Positions 1 through 8,730 of a stretch of DNA of 64,000 nt are shown in pieces. Where the stretch lies: positions 1 through 64,000 of IMG/VR virus record IMGVR_UViG_3300001450_000023; one strand, 5' to 3'. Source of the DNA: a virus. The notes beneath the pieces were generated by a model. The model was not told the DNA's origin, did no database searches, and saw only the letters and a list, made by a program, of their open reading frames with translations. The first letter of the stretch is position 1, and the number at the start of each line of letters is the position of its first letter. Made by a program: the position numbers and the translations under genes.

Positions 1-1
1 A

Positions 2-187
2 CCATTTCCAGAGATAGAAGAGTTCAAAGCTTTTGAAACAATAGGATATGGAGATGAAAGGTTTGATGATTGTTCTGATATTTATGTAATTACATATGGA
101 ATAACATATGATAATGATACATTAATGATTAGAAAAAGAATGAAATATAATTGTGGAACTTATGATTATGCCACATGGACAGATTAA
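2..187 (+). CDS. Partial hypothetical protein (3' end only)
   Basis: Open frame from the window edge (PFPEIEEFKAF...YATWTD) ending TAA at 185-187. Confidence 0.6.
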   Translation, partial: PFPEIEEFKAFETIGYGDERFDDCSDIYVITYGITYDNDTLMIRKRMKYNCGTYDYATWTD

Positions 188-191
188 TCAG

Positions 192-297
192 GTTTTAGGG
201 AGTTTAATTATGCAGTACCTTGAGTGAGAAATAACAGCTGATTTCTCAAGTTTCTTTAACAGGATGTTAAAGATAGAAAACTCTAAAAAAACTCCCA
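192..297 (+). ncRNA. Candidate structured RNA (three-way junction)
   Basis: gggagttt 198-205 pairs with aaactccc 289-296, enclosing hairpins tgagaaat/atttctca (225-248) and tctttaac/gttaaaga (253-273). Confidence 0.35.
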
Positions 298-399
298 CTT
301 TTTATTATTATTAACTGCCACTCCATTTAACTATGAAGAGTTGTAATATATAATGGATAATATATATTAAGGCAAATGTTATAACTCAATTAAAATCAG

Positions 400-432
400 G
401 TAATCTCTGTTATTCAGAGATTACTTTTTTTA
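400..432 (+). terminator. Intrinsic terminator
   Basis: gtaatctctg-ttatt-cagagattac followed by a T run. Confidence 0.75.
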
Positions 433-434
433 CT

Positions 435-468
435 ATAAACTTTACTTTTTCCCTTTACCAATACTGGA
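435..468 (+). promoter_or_regulatory. Conserved upstream motif, copy 1 (candidate phage early promoter)
   Basis: ataaactttactttttccctttaccaatactgga; near-identical copy at 1675-1708; both lie between a terminator and a gene start. Confidence 0.55.
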
Positions 469-494
469 ATAATATTATTATAAACTTAATAACT

Positions 495-1280
495 ATGCAA
501 ATTATGAAAGGAAATTTAAAAATACATTTACATTCAAGACAAGGAATGTATAATGTTGATTCAATAGGAAAAGCATCTATAACTTGTAGTACAAAACATT
601 ATAGTTTTAGAGTATCACATAAAGATTTTAAATGTTTTGCTGGTGGAAATAATGATTCAAGTACTGAGTATGAAAAAGAATTATTTAGAACTGCTATAGA
701 TTCAGATGGAATAAAAAGAGATTTAATTAGATTAGAAGCAACTTATAGAGAAATTAAGAAAGCTGCTGAAACTGGAGTAAATGATTATTATACTAAATTA
801 GAAGAAAAAGCATCTGCAAATAATTTAGAAGATGAAATTCAAGATTATAAATTTAATAAGGCTGTAGAAATATATCAGCATAATATAGATTTATCTAATT
901 ATGAAAATTCTAAAGGAACTAAATTTATAATTCAACAATATGATGACTTTCCTCTTAACCATTTAGAATATAGAATGTTCTTTGACCCATTTAATTTTGT
1001 TGTTAATTTTCATTCTAGTTTACATCAAATTACAGAAGATATTAGAGATAAAACTGATAGTGAAAATTGGTGTACAATTAATGGTGGTCACTTAAAAATA
1101 ATAGATAATACTGTTGTATTATATGGACAATCAGGTGATTATGGAGTATATAATGATGAAATAGCAGTTGAATGTGCAAGAAAATTATTTCCAAATAAAA
1201 CTATATTTTCTTATGCTGGACATTCATTTAAAAAGGAAATGTTATTTGGAGAAGTTATTGAAGATGAACTCCCATTTTAA
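495..1280 (+). CDS. Protein with C-terminal Janus/Ocnus (PHPT1 phosphohistidine phosphatase)-like domain
   Basis: GTKFII...FHSSLH...NGGHLKI...VVLYGQSGDYG...ARKLFP matches in order PHPT1 GVFKYVLI...YHADIY...GGGRI...IHVYGYSMAYG...KAKYP (recalled sequence). Confidence 0.6.
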   Translation: MQIMKGNLKIHLHSRQGMYNVDSIGKASITCSTKHYSFRVSHKDFKCFAGGNNDSSTEYEKELFRTAIDSDGIKRDLIRLEATYREIKKAAETGVNDYYTKLEEKASANNLEDEIQDYKFNKAVEIYQHNIDLSNYENSKGTKFIIQQYDDFPLNHLEYRMFFDPFNFVVNFHSSLHQITEDIRDKTDSENWCTINGGHLKIIDNTVVLYGQSGDYGVYNDEIAVECARKLFPNKTIFSYAGHSFKKEMLFGEVIEDELPF

Positions 1281-1329
1281 AGAGTATTTTGTATTGCTTG
1301 AGATACACTAAATAAGTCAAGTAAACTGT

Positions 1330-1563
1330 TGATTTAAAATTGCAATAAAAAGGTGTACTTGTGAGTGGGCTATGGTGTGATACAAACTCTCATTGCAATT
1401 TTTAAAATCAGGTTATCACTTAGTATAGAACAATTAGATGTAAGACCTATGGAGGAAACTCTGCTAGAGCATTCATGGCTAAGTATCATTCCCATAGGAA
1501 GTATAACTGTGATACCTTTGGAATGTGGGTATCAATTTTATATTAAACTTTAAGGGTTTAGTA
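1330..1563 (+). ncRNA. Candidate structured ncRNA with possible pseudoknot
   Basis: Stems 1330-1346/1392-1410, 1411-1416/1503-1508, 1446-1452/1492-1498, 1510-1516/1528-1534 and 1541-1563; crossing helix 1418-1424/1478-1484. Confidence 0.45.
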
Positions 1564-1577
1564 ATTAATTAATCATT

Positions 1578-1613
1578 GAGTTAGCCTATTAAATGTTTAG
1601 GCTAACTCTTTTT
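1578..1613 (+). terminator. Intrinsic terminator
   Basis: gagttagccta-loop-taggctaactc followed by ttttt. Confidence 0.75.
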
Positions 1614-1634
1614 AAGAAGCATGGTGTTAAGTTT

Positions 1635-1670
1635 AAAAGGACTTTCTGTAAAAGGAAAGTTCTTTTTTTT
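1635..1670 (+). terminator. Second intrinsic terminator
   Basis: aaaaggactttc-loop-gaaagttctttt followed by a T run. Confidence 0.65.
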
Positions 1671-1674
1671 ATAA

Positions 1675-1708
1675 ATAAACTTCACTTTTTCCCTTCACTA
1701 ATGTTGGA
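1675..1708 (+). promoter_or_regulatory. Conserved upstream motif, copy 2 (candidate phage early promoter)
   Basis: ataaacttcactttttcccttcactaatgttgga; 29/34 identical to 435-468 and all differences are transitions. Confidence 0.55.
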
Positions 1709-1774
1709 TAGTATTTGCTATTATTATAAATATGAAAACTAAAATTATTTTAAACAATTAAACAATTGAAAATT

Positions 1775-2314
1775 ATGGAAACTACTAAAGAATTTGGTAA
1801 AATTATGGTTACTGAAGTTAAGACTTCAGATTATCAAAAGCAAGGTACTGTAACAGCAGTACTAAAACAAGTTGTATCAACTAAAACTACTTATGCAAGT
1901 AATGGTACAAAAGATAATTTATTTGACACATCAGAATTTTCTGAGTTAGAAAGTTCTGAATACACAAATGATGAAACAAGAGTATATTTTATGGATATAC
2001 CTGCAGGTTCTACTTTGCAAGATGTACAAGTAAAGATGAATCTTCCTAAGTTTGCTAATGCAAGATTAGTTAAGATTTTATCTAACAGACCTATTCTTGA
2101 TGATGGTCAAAGGTATGCAATTGCTAATTATGGCAAGAGTGAAATGTCTTTTGCAAAAAGACAACTTGTAAAAGATGGTTCAGGTAATCATGTACTCCGA
2201 AATGGAGAAAATTGCTATAGAAAAATAGAATTTTCTATTCATGGTGGAGAAGATGAAAATCTAATTCATGAACAAGGACTTGTTTATTCAACTCCAGAAA
2301 GTGTACTTGCATAA
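1775..2314 (+). CDS. Hypothetical protein
   Basis: ORF with its own upstream motif and downstream terminator; ATG 1775 preferred over TTG 1766. Confidence 0.75.
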   Translation: METTKEFGKIMVTEVKTSDYQKQGTVTAVLKQVVSTKTTYASNGTKDNLFDTSEFSELESSEYTNDETRVYFMDIPAGSTLQDVQVKMNLPKFANARLVKILSNRPILDDGQRYAIANYGKSEMSFAKRQLVKDGSGNHVLRNGENCYRKIEFSIHGGEDENLIHEQGLVYSTPESVLA

Positions 2315-2318
2315 ATTT

Positions 2319-2358
2319 AATAAGCTACTGTAATTTTGCAGTAGCTTATTTTTTTTTT
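2319..2358 (+). terminator. Intrinsic terminator
   Basis: aataagctactgtaa-tt-ttgcagtagcttatt followed by a T run. Confidence 0.8.
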
Positions 2359-2377
2359 AATTTTAAAACAATAAGAG

Positions 2378-2794
2378 ATGAAAATAGTTTTAAATAGATG
2401 TTTTGGAGGATTTAGACTCTCAGATAAATGTGAAGAAATGCTTGAAAAAAAAACAGGTGGACTTTCTTTTGAATCAGAAAGACATAATGAACATCTGGTT
2501 TCTATTGTAGAAATGTATGGTAAAAATGCATCAGACAGTTTAGTTTCACAATTAGAAATTGTGGAAATACCAGATGGATGCAAGTATCATATAGATGAAT
2601 ATGATGGAATGGAATCAGTAAATACCTATATAGAAATTACTGAAGATGACCTTTTTATTGGATTAAATTTAGAAAGATTAGAACTTGCTAGACAAGTTGA
2701 TTTTATTAAGCTAATAAAAGGAGGATATGAAAAGTGTTTAGAAGAAAAAGCAGACTCTGATATATCAGTAATGAAAGATGAAGGTCTGTTATAA
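2378..2794 (+). CDS. Conserved phage hypothetical protein (KIVxNxCFGGF family)
   Basis: MKIVLNRCFGGFRLS...LVSIVE...LEIVEIPDG...IDEYDGMESV, a recurrent phage protein pattern. Confidence 0.75.
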   Translation: MKIVLNRCFGGFRLSDKCEEMLEKKTGGLSFESERHNEHLVSIVEMYGKNASDSLVSQLEIVEIPDGCKYHIDEYDGMESVNTYIEITEDDLFIGLNLERLELARQVDFIKLIKGGYEKCLEEKADSDISVMKDEGLL

Positions 2795-2912
2795 ACTATA
2801 ATTATGAAAACAATAAAAGAATACAAGATATTCACAATTTATTTTTTAATTTTTAAATTATCTTTTGTCGTAAGAAAGGCTTAAGATTTTTTTTACCATT
2901 ACCAATAAAATA

Positions 2913-4835
2913 ATGAAATATATCTATGACATTGAGATGTACCCTAACTTGTTTTTTGTTTTATTTTATGATATTGTAAACAAAAAGTATCATAAGTTTG
3001 AAATAAGTCAGTTTAAAAATCAAAAAGATGACTTGGCTAAATTTCTTGCAAAGAATAAAGGGTGCACTCTAATAGGTTATAATAATGTAAGATATGATTA
3101 TCCATTATTGCATTACTTTATAATATTATTAGGTAAAAAACTTACTAATAAAGAAATTGTTACAAAACTTTTTAATAAAAGTGGTCAATTAATAAAAATA
3201 AAAAGTCCTGTAGGAAAACCTTTATTCAGAAATATAGACTTACTATTAATAAATCACTTTGATAACAAAGCAAAGATGGTAAGTCTAAAGGAATTAGAAT
3301 TTAATCTTAGGATGGAAAACATTCAGGATCTGCCATATCATTTTACTAAAACATTAAGTAAAAAACAAATAGAAGAAGTTACACTATATTGTAAGAATGA
3401 TGTAGATGCAACTTATAACTTTTATTTGGAATGTAGAGATAGCATAAACTTCAGAGAGAAAATGTCTGAAAAATACAGTATGGATTTCACTAATTACAAT
3501 GATGTAAAAATAGGTGAAGCTATACTAATAGATGCTCTTTCTAATAAGATGAATGTAGAGAAAGAAGTTATAAAATCCATGAGAACCCGTAGGAATGTAA
3601 TGTCTATTAAAGATATTATGGTTAACTATGTAAAATTTTATGGAGATGCTCTAAAAACTTTTGTTGATTGGTGGAAAACTAAAGTAATCACCGAGACAAA
3701 AGGACAATTTTCTAAGATACCTGTTGAAGAAATAGAAGATATCTTTGAGTATACTAATCAAAAGTTATGTATGAAAAATACAATGTTGAAAAAACTCAAC
3801 ATAGTACATAAAGATTTTCAGTTTGACTTTGGTACAGGAGGTATTCATGGAATTTTAAAGCCAGGTAAATGGAAAAGTGATGACAATAACAAGTTAATTC
3901 TTGTAGATGTGTCATCATATTATCCTAATTTATGTTCTAAGAATGGGTTTCATCCAGCTCATTTTCCTAAAGACATTTTTATACAAGTAATTGACATGCT
4001 ATATAAGCAGAGAATGCAGGGTAAGAAAGATGGAGATAATGAAATTGTAAAAGCAATTAAGTTAGCTCTTAATGGAGCTTTATATGGGAAAAGTAATGAT
4101 AAATTTTCTTGTATGTATGATCCACAAATGATGATGAGTGTATGTGTAAATGGACAATTACTACTTGTAATGTTAGCAGAAAAACTTATAGATTTAGGTT
4201 TTGAAGTAATTCAAATAAATACAGATGGTATTTTATTATCATCTTCTAATGAAAAAGAAGATATATTGAAAATAGTCTGTAATAATTGGATGAATCTAAC
4301 AAAATTGAAACTTGATTATGATTATTTTGATCTTGTAGTACAAAAAGATTGCAATAATTATATAGCAAGATATACAAATGGAAAAATTAAGAGAAAAGGT
4401 GCTGCTTTTAACTATAAATTAGAGTGGCATAAGAATCATTCAGCTTTAGTAGTACAAAAAGCTGTAGAAAAGTATTTTCTTGATGATATTCCTATAGAAA
4501 CTTTTATAAAAAGTCATAAAAACATTTTTGATTTTATGCTTAGAGTAAAACTCAATAGAGGAAGCTCTTTAAATGCTATTACTGATGGTGAAAAACTACA
4601 AATGCAAAAGATTACTAGATATTTTATTGCAAAAGAAGGTAATTATGTGTTTGAAAAAGAACTTCCACCATTAAATGGTAAACGTAGGTTTACTGCAGTA
4701 GAAAAAAATTATAATGTTATCCCTTGTAACAATATTTCATCTCCTTTTTGGTCTGATGAGTATATATTTTCTGAGATAAATTATGATTATTATATAGAAA
4801 AAGCTAATAAAATAATAGAATCATGTATGATATAG
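2913..4835 (+). CDS. polB: DNA polymerase family B
   Basis: ExoI YDIE, ExoII GYNNVRYD, ExoIII YCKND; polymerase motifs DVSSYYPN, KLALNGALYG, QINTDG. Confidence 0.95.
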   Translation: MKYIYDIEMYPNLFFVLFYDIVNKKYHKFEISQFKNQKDDLAKFLAKNKGCTLIGYNNVRYDYPLLHYFIILLGKKLTNKEIVTKLFNKSGQLIKIKSPVGKPLFRNIDLLLINHFDNKAKMVSLKELEFNLRMENIQDLPYHFTKTLSKKQIEEVTLYCKNDVDATYNFYLECRDSINFREKMSEKYSMDFTNYNDVKIGEAILIDALSNKMNVEKEVIKSMRTRRNVMSIKDIMVNYVKFYGDALKTFVDWWKTKVITETKGQFSKIPVEEIEDIFEYTNQKLCMKNTMLKKLNIVHKDFQFDFGTGGIHGILKPGKWKSDDNNKLILVDVSSYYPNLCSKNGFHPAHFPKDIFIQVIDMLYKQRMQGKKDGDNEIVKAIKLALNGALYGKSNDKFSCMYDPQMMMSVCVNGQLLLVMLAEKLIDLGFEVIQINTDGILLSSSNEKEDILKIVCNNWMNLTKLKLDYDYFDLVVQKDCNNYIARYTNGKIKRKGAAFNYKLEWHKNHSALVVQKAVEKYFLDDIPIETFIKSHKNIFDFMLRVKLNRGSSLNAITDGEKLQMQKITRYFIAKEGNYVFEKELPPLNGKRRFTAVEKNYNVIPCNNISSPFWSDEYIFSEINYDYYIEKANKIIESCMI

Positions 4836-5026
4836 AAATTAATGCTTTAGTAGTACCAGAAGGAATAAATAAAGCAAAATTAATAAATCAATTGTTAGAA
4901 AATGTAATGATTCCTATATCAATACAAGAAGATGTTTTAGATCTTCAAAATGAACTTGGTTTAGATGGATCTATTGTTAATGAAGTAATACATTTTATAA
5001 AATATAAACAAAATTTTGAAGCATGA
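4823..5026 (+). CDS. Small hypothetical protein
   Basis: 67-aa ORF overlapping the polB stop and coupled (ATGA) to the helicase. Confidence 0.65.
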   Translation: MYDIEINALVVPEGINKAKLINQLLENVMIPISIQEDVLDLQNELGLDGSIVNEVIHFIKYKQNFEA

Positions 5027-6123
5027 AAAGAGATGAAATTCAACAAGAAGCTTTAGATGCAATTGTTAAAAACAAATTTAGAGGAATAATAGATGTAGCA
5101 CCCAGAGTGGGTAAGTCTAAGATAGCAATTGATGCTATTAAAAAATTAAATAAAAAAAAGGTGCTAATAATAGCACCTTTTAATCCCATTTTAGAAACAT
5201 GGGTACAGGAATTCTCAAAGTGGGGATTGGACTTTAATGGGGACTTAATAAATCAAAGGTCTTTGGATAAAATTAATTTACCTGATTATGATTTAGTTAT
5301 TGCAGATGAGGTACATACTTTGTCAGAATATCAAAGATTTTTACTCAAAGACAAGAAAATTTTAGGTTTTTCAGGTTCAATTTCAAGTAAAACTAAGAAA
5401 ATACTTTCAGAAGAACTAATGATTAAACCTATTTTTTCTTATAAAGTTGAAACTGCAATTAAAGATGGTATTATTTCAGATTATGAGATAAAAGTCATAT
5501 CTTGTAATCTTGACACTAAAGACAAATATATCCAAGTGTCAACCAAAAAAGCCAACTTTAAGACTACAGAGTGGAGCAATTACCAATTTTTAGATTCTCA
5601 ATTTACAAAGTTTAAAAGAATGTCTTGGGGTAACCCTAGACTAAATCCTATTAAGATGCAAATGGCATCTAAAAGAGCAAACTTTCTATATACTTCAAAG
5701 ACAAAATTAGAAGCATGTAAGAAATTTGTAAATTCTTTAGATGAGAGATTGCTAGTATTTACAGCAAGAACAGATGCTGCTGATAATCTTGGTATTAATT
5801 CTTACCATTCTAAGAGTAGTGGAAATAATTTAAATGAATTCTGCGAAGAAAATATAGATAAATTAGCAGTATGTGAAATGACTTCTATGGGCATAACTAT
5901 CCCTAATTTAAAGATAGGAATCTTTCATCAATTAAAATCTTCTGAAGAAGGTGCAATTCAAAAAATTCTAAGAATGTGCAACTGGGAAGATGGAGAAACT
6001 GCTAAAATATATATATTCCAATATACAAATACACAAGATGAGATCTGGGTGCAAAAAGCACTAGAACCATTTGATAAAAGTAAAATTGATTATGTAAGTT
6101 TAAACAAATTTGAATATGCTTAA
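5023..6123 (+). CDS. Superfamily 2 (DExH) helicase
   Basis: Walker A APRVGKS, DEVH, motif III SGS, motif VI-like QKILR. Confidence 0.88.
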   Translation: MKRDEIQQEALDAIVKNKFRGIIDVAPRVGKSKIAIDAIKKLNKKKVLIIAPFNPILETWVQEFSKWGLDFNGDLINQRSLDKINLPDYDLVIADEVHTLSEYQRFLLKDKKILGFSGSISSKTKKILSEELMIKPIFSYKVETAIKDGIISDYEIKVISCNLDTKDKYIQVSTKKANFKTTEWSNYQFLDSQFTKFKRMSWGNPRLNPIKMQMASKRANFLYTSKTKLEACKKFVNSLDERLLVFTARTDAADNLGINSYHSKSSGNNLNEFCEENIDKLAVCEMTSMGITIPNLKIGIFHQLKSSEEGAIQKILRMCNWEDGETAKIYIFQYTNTQDEIWVQKALEPFDKSKIDYVSLNKFEYA

Positions 6124-6652
6124 CAAAAAACTGTTAGATATTCTAGAAGAAAATAGGATTCCAGATACTGGGATCCTTTATCTTTTAGCTATCTATTATA
6201 ATTTAGATGCACAGCATCTTGTTGATGATGAAGTTCAGAAAAAAGTGAACATGTTAAAAATTGTTGAAAGAGATTATGATTCAGATGAATTTACCATTAA
6301 ATGGAATGTACCTTTACTTCAAGGAGACAAGCCAACAGTAAGTCATTGGGACTGGGTAGATGACTGGAGAAAGCTTTTTAAACAAGTAAATCCTGAAAGA
6401 ACAGGAGTAAAACAATATTGTATTGCTAGGATGAAAAGATTCTTTTCTAAATATCCTAATTATAGGCAAGATGATGTAATGAAGGCTACAAGAGCCTATT
6501 TATCAACAGTTGTTGATCCTAAATATTGTAAGAAATCACACAGATTTATATATGAAGATAGTGGTGTAAATGAGTATTCTCTTCTACTTGAGTGGTGTGA
6601 AAGAACAAAGAGTTCAGATAAATATTTAAAATATAAAAAGATGGGAGAATGA
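6110..6652 (+). CDS. Putative replication initiator / helicase loader-like protein
   Basis: Lies between the two helicases; C-terminal FF.KYP...ATRAYL...YCK..FI pattern resembles replisome organiser C-termini. Confidence 0.45.
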   Translation: MNMLNKKLLDILEENRIPDTGILYLLAIYYNLDAQHLVDDEVQKKVNMLKIVERDYDSDEFTIKWNVPLLQGDKPTVSHWDWVDDWRKLFKQVNPERTGVKQYCIARMKRFFSKYPNYRQDDVMKATRAYLSTVVDPKYCKKSHRFIYEDSGVNEYSLLLEWCERTKSSDKYLKYKKMGE

Positions 6653-7749
6653 ATTTCATAGAAAAATTTAAAGCAGGTCAATTAGGTAAAAACTTTGGAC
6701 TGCCAACAGGATTAAAATCATTTGATCTTGCTATTGATGGTATTCAAAGGAAGTCAATGTATGGAATAGCTGCTGCCCCAAAGGTAGGTAAGACTACTTT
6801 TACAGATTTTTCTTTTGTTATTAATCCAATTTTGTATTGTTTAGAAAATAAGTTGAATATAGAGTTTCATTATTTCTCATATGAGATAGATAGGATTAGA
6901 AAAGAGTTTGATTTTGCATCATATTTCTTTTATAAAGACTACGGAATCAATTATTTAGAACATAATGAAAATAGATATCCTATAGGTAGTAGATATTTTT
7001 TAGGTAAGTTGAAATGTAAAGATACTAATGAAATAATTCCAGTATCTAAAGAACATAAAGACTTACTTGGCAAAATATACTTAGATAGGATAATACCTAT
7101 ATTTGGTGAGTATGATTCTCAAGGTAAAAAAGTAAAAAAAGGTATAATAAATTTCATTGCAGATAGAGACAACCCAACAGGGATGAGAAATCTGCTATTG
7201 AATTATTATAAAGACAATGGACACTTTATTTATGAAGAATATACTGTTTTACAAAACAATAGAAAGGTTAAGCAACAGAAGATTAGTGGCTATAAATCTA
7301 ATGATGAGTCTAAATATCATATAGTGATAACAGATCACATCAGAAAATTAAAAAGAGAGAGAGGATTCTCAATGAAAGAGAATATAGATAAGTGGATAGA
7401 ATACACAGTTGACTTAAGAAACTGGTGTGGTTCTACATTTGTACACATATGCCATTTAAATAGGGCTATAGGGGATATAAACAGGATAAAATATGAATCT
7501 GAGACATTGCATCCAACAGGTGATGATGTTAAAGATACAGGAAATTTATCAGAGGAGTGTGATTATTTAATTACACTTTTTAATCCAACAGAAGAAAGGT
7601 ACAAGTTAGAGAGTCATTTTGGAAATGATTTATCAATGTTTCCAAATTATAGGAGTATTCACTTAGTAGAATCAAGAGATACAGAGTGTCCACAGCATTT
7701 GTTTACAGAAATGCATGGAAATATCAAAAATTTTATAGAAATTTATTAA
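6649..7749 (+). CDS. dnaB: DnaB-like replicative helicase (SF4)
   Basis: GLPTGLKSFD, Walker A AAPKVGKT, FSYE, Walker B ITDH, HLNR, DTGNLSEECD. Confidence 0.9.
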   Translation: MNFIEKFKAGQLGKNFGLPTGLKSFDLAIDGIQRKSMYGIAAAPKVGKTTFTDFSFVINPILYCLENKLNIEFHYFSYEIDRIRKEFDFASYFFYKDYGINYLEHNENRYPIGSRYFLGKLKCKDTNEIIPVSKEHKDLLGKIYLDRIIPIFGEYDSQGKKVKKGIINFIADRDNPTGMRNLLLNYYKDNGHFIYEEYTVLQNNRKVKQQKISGYKSNDESKYHIVITDHIRKLKRERGFSMKENIDKWIEYTVDLRNWCGSTFVHICHLNRAIGDINRIKYESETLHPTGDDVKDTGNLSEECDYLITLFNPTEERYKLESHFGNDLSMFPNYRSIHLVESRDTECPQHLFTEMHGNIKNFIEIY

Positions 7750-7765
7750 CTTTAAAAACAGAAAC

Positions 7766-8479
7766 ATGGCAAAAAGTGTTGCAATTGTTGCAGATTCAGG
7801 ATTTGGTAAGTCTACTGCTATAGCAAAAATAGAAGCTATAGGTCACAAAGGACTAGATCCAAAAACTACATTAGTAGTTAATGTTAAAAACAAACCTCTA
7901 CCAATCAAAGGGTGGAAAAACAGTTTTAAACCAATTAATAATAAGGAAGATCTGAAGAAAGGTAATTACCTTGCTACTTCAGACTATGGTGTCATTATAG
8001 ACACTATGAATTATTTTAATGAACATAGAAAAGAAGTTGTTAATGTAGTCATAGATGATTTTCAGTATATTATGGCAGACAATTTCATGAAAGATGCCTT
8101 AAAAACAGGTTATGATAAGTTCAACAAGTTAGCAAAGAGAACTTATGATGTGTTGAATACAGGTATTTCTATGAGAGAAGATGTTAATTTTATTATTCTT
8201 ACTCATTCTGAGATAGTAGAAACCCAAAACTTTGGTACTACTTATAAGATGAAAACTATAGGTAAGATGTTAGATGACAAAGTTAAGTTAGAAGGTCTAT
8301 TCACTATAGTATTATATGGTAAATCTTCTTTTGATACTAAGAAAGGAGTACAGAGAAGTTTTGTAACTAATATGGATGGACAGTTTCCAGCTAAATCTCC
8401 ATTTGGAATGTTTGATGAATTATATATTAAGAATGATTTAGGTCTAGTAATAGATACTATGAATGAATATTATAACTAA
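7766..8479 (+). CDS. AAA/P-loop ATPase (Sak4/AAA_24-like recombination protein)
   Basis: ADSGFGKST, VVIDDFQY, ILTHSE, AKSPFGMF. Confidence 0.8.
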   Translation: MAKSVAIVADSGFGKSTAIAKIEAIGHKGLDPKTTLVVNVKNKPLPIKGWKNSFKPINNKEDLKKGNYLATSDYGVIIDTMNYFNEHRKEVVNVVIDDFQYIMADNFMKDALKTGYDKFNKLAKRTYDVLNTGISMREDVNFIILTHSEIVETQNFGTTYKMKTIGKMLDDKVKLEGLFTIVLYGKSSFDTKKGVQRSFVTNMDGQFPAKSPFGMFDELYIKNDLGLVIDTMNEYYN

Positions 8480-8490
8480 AAACTTTAAAA

Positions 8491-8730
8491 ATGAGTGATA
8501 TAACTGAAAAATTACAAAAAATAGTAGATGAAGAATCTGCTAAAGTAGAAAAAACTGGAAGATCACATATTGAAACCTGTGATGCTAGCTATTATGGCTG
8601 GGACACAGATATATGGGATCATAGACATACTATTATGAATGCATTTATTAAAAGAGGGTATCATGTATCTTCTAAAAGTAATCATGGTGTATTAGATATT
8701 GTCATTGTAAAACCTATAGAAGTATCATAA
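8491..8730 (+). CDS. Hypothetical protein
   Basis: 79-aa ORF in the operon. Confidence 0.7.
   Translation: MSDITEKLQKIVDEESAKVEKTGRSHIETCDASYYGWDTDIWDHRHTIMNAFIKRGYHVSSKSNHGVLDIVIVKPIEVS

Noticed and set aside
1451-1465. GAGGAAACUC resembling the RNase P CR-I motif, and hammerhead-like cores in the early intergenic regions
   Set aside because: No matching CR-V/P4 partner, and no CUGAnGA...GAAA core with the right stems was found
1365-1553. 62-aa GTG-start ORF
   Set aside because: Lies inside the heavily base-paired intergenic region and has no protein-like features; more likely incidental to an RNA structure
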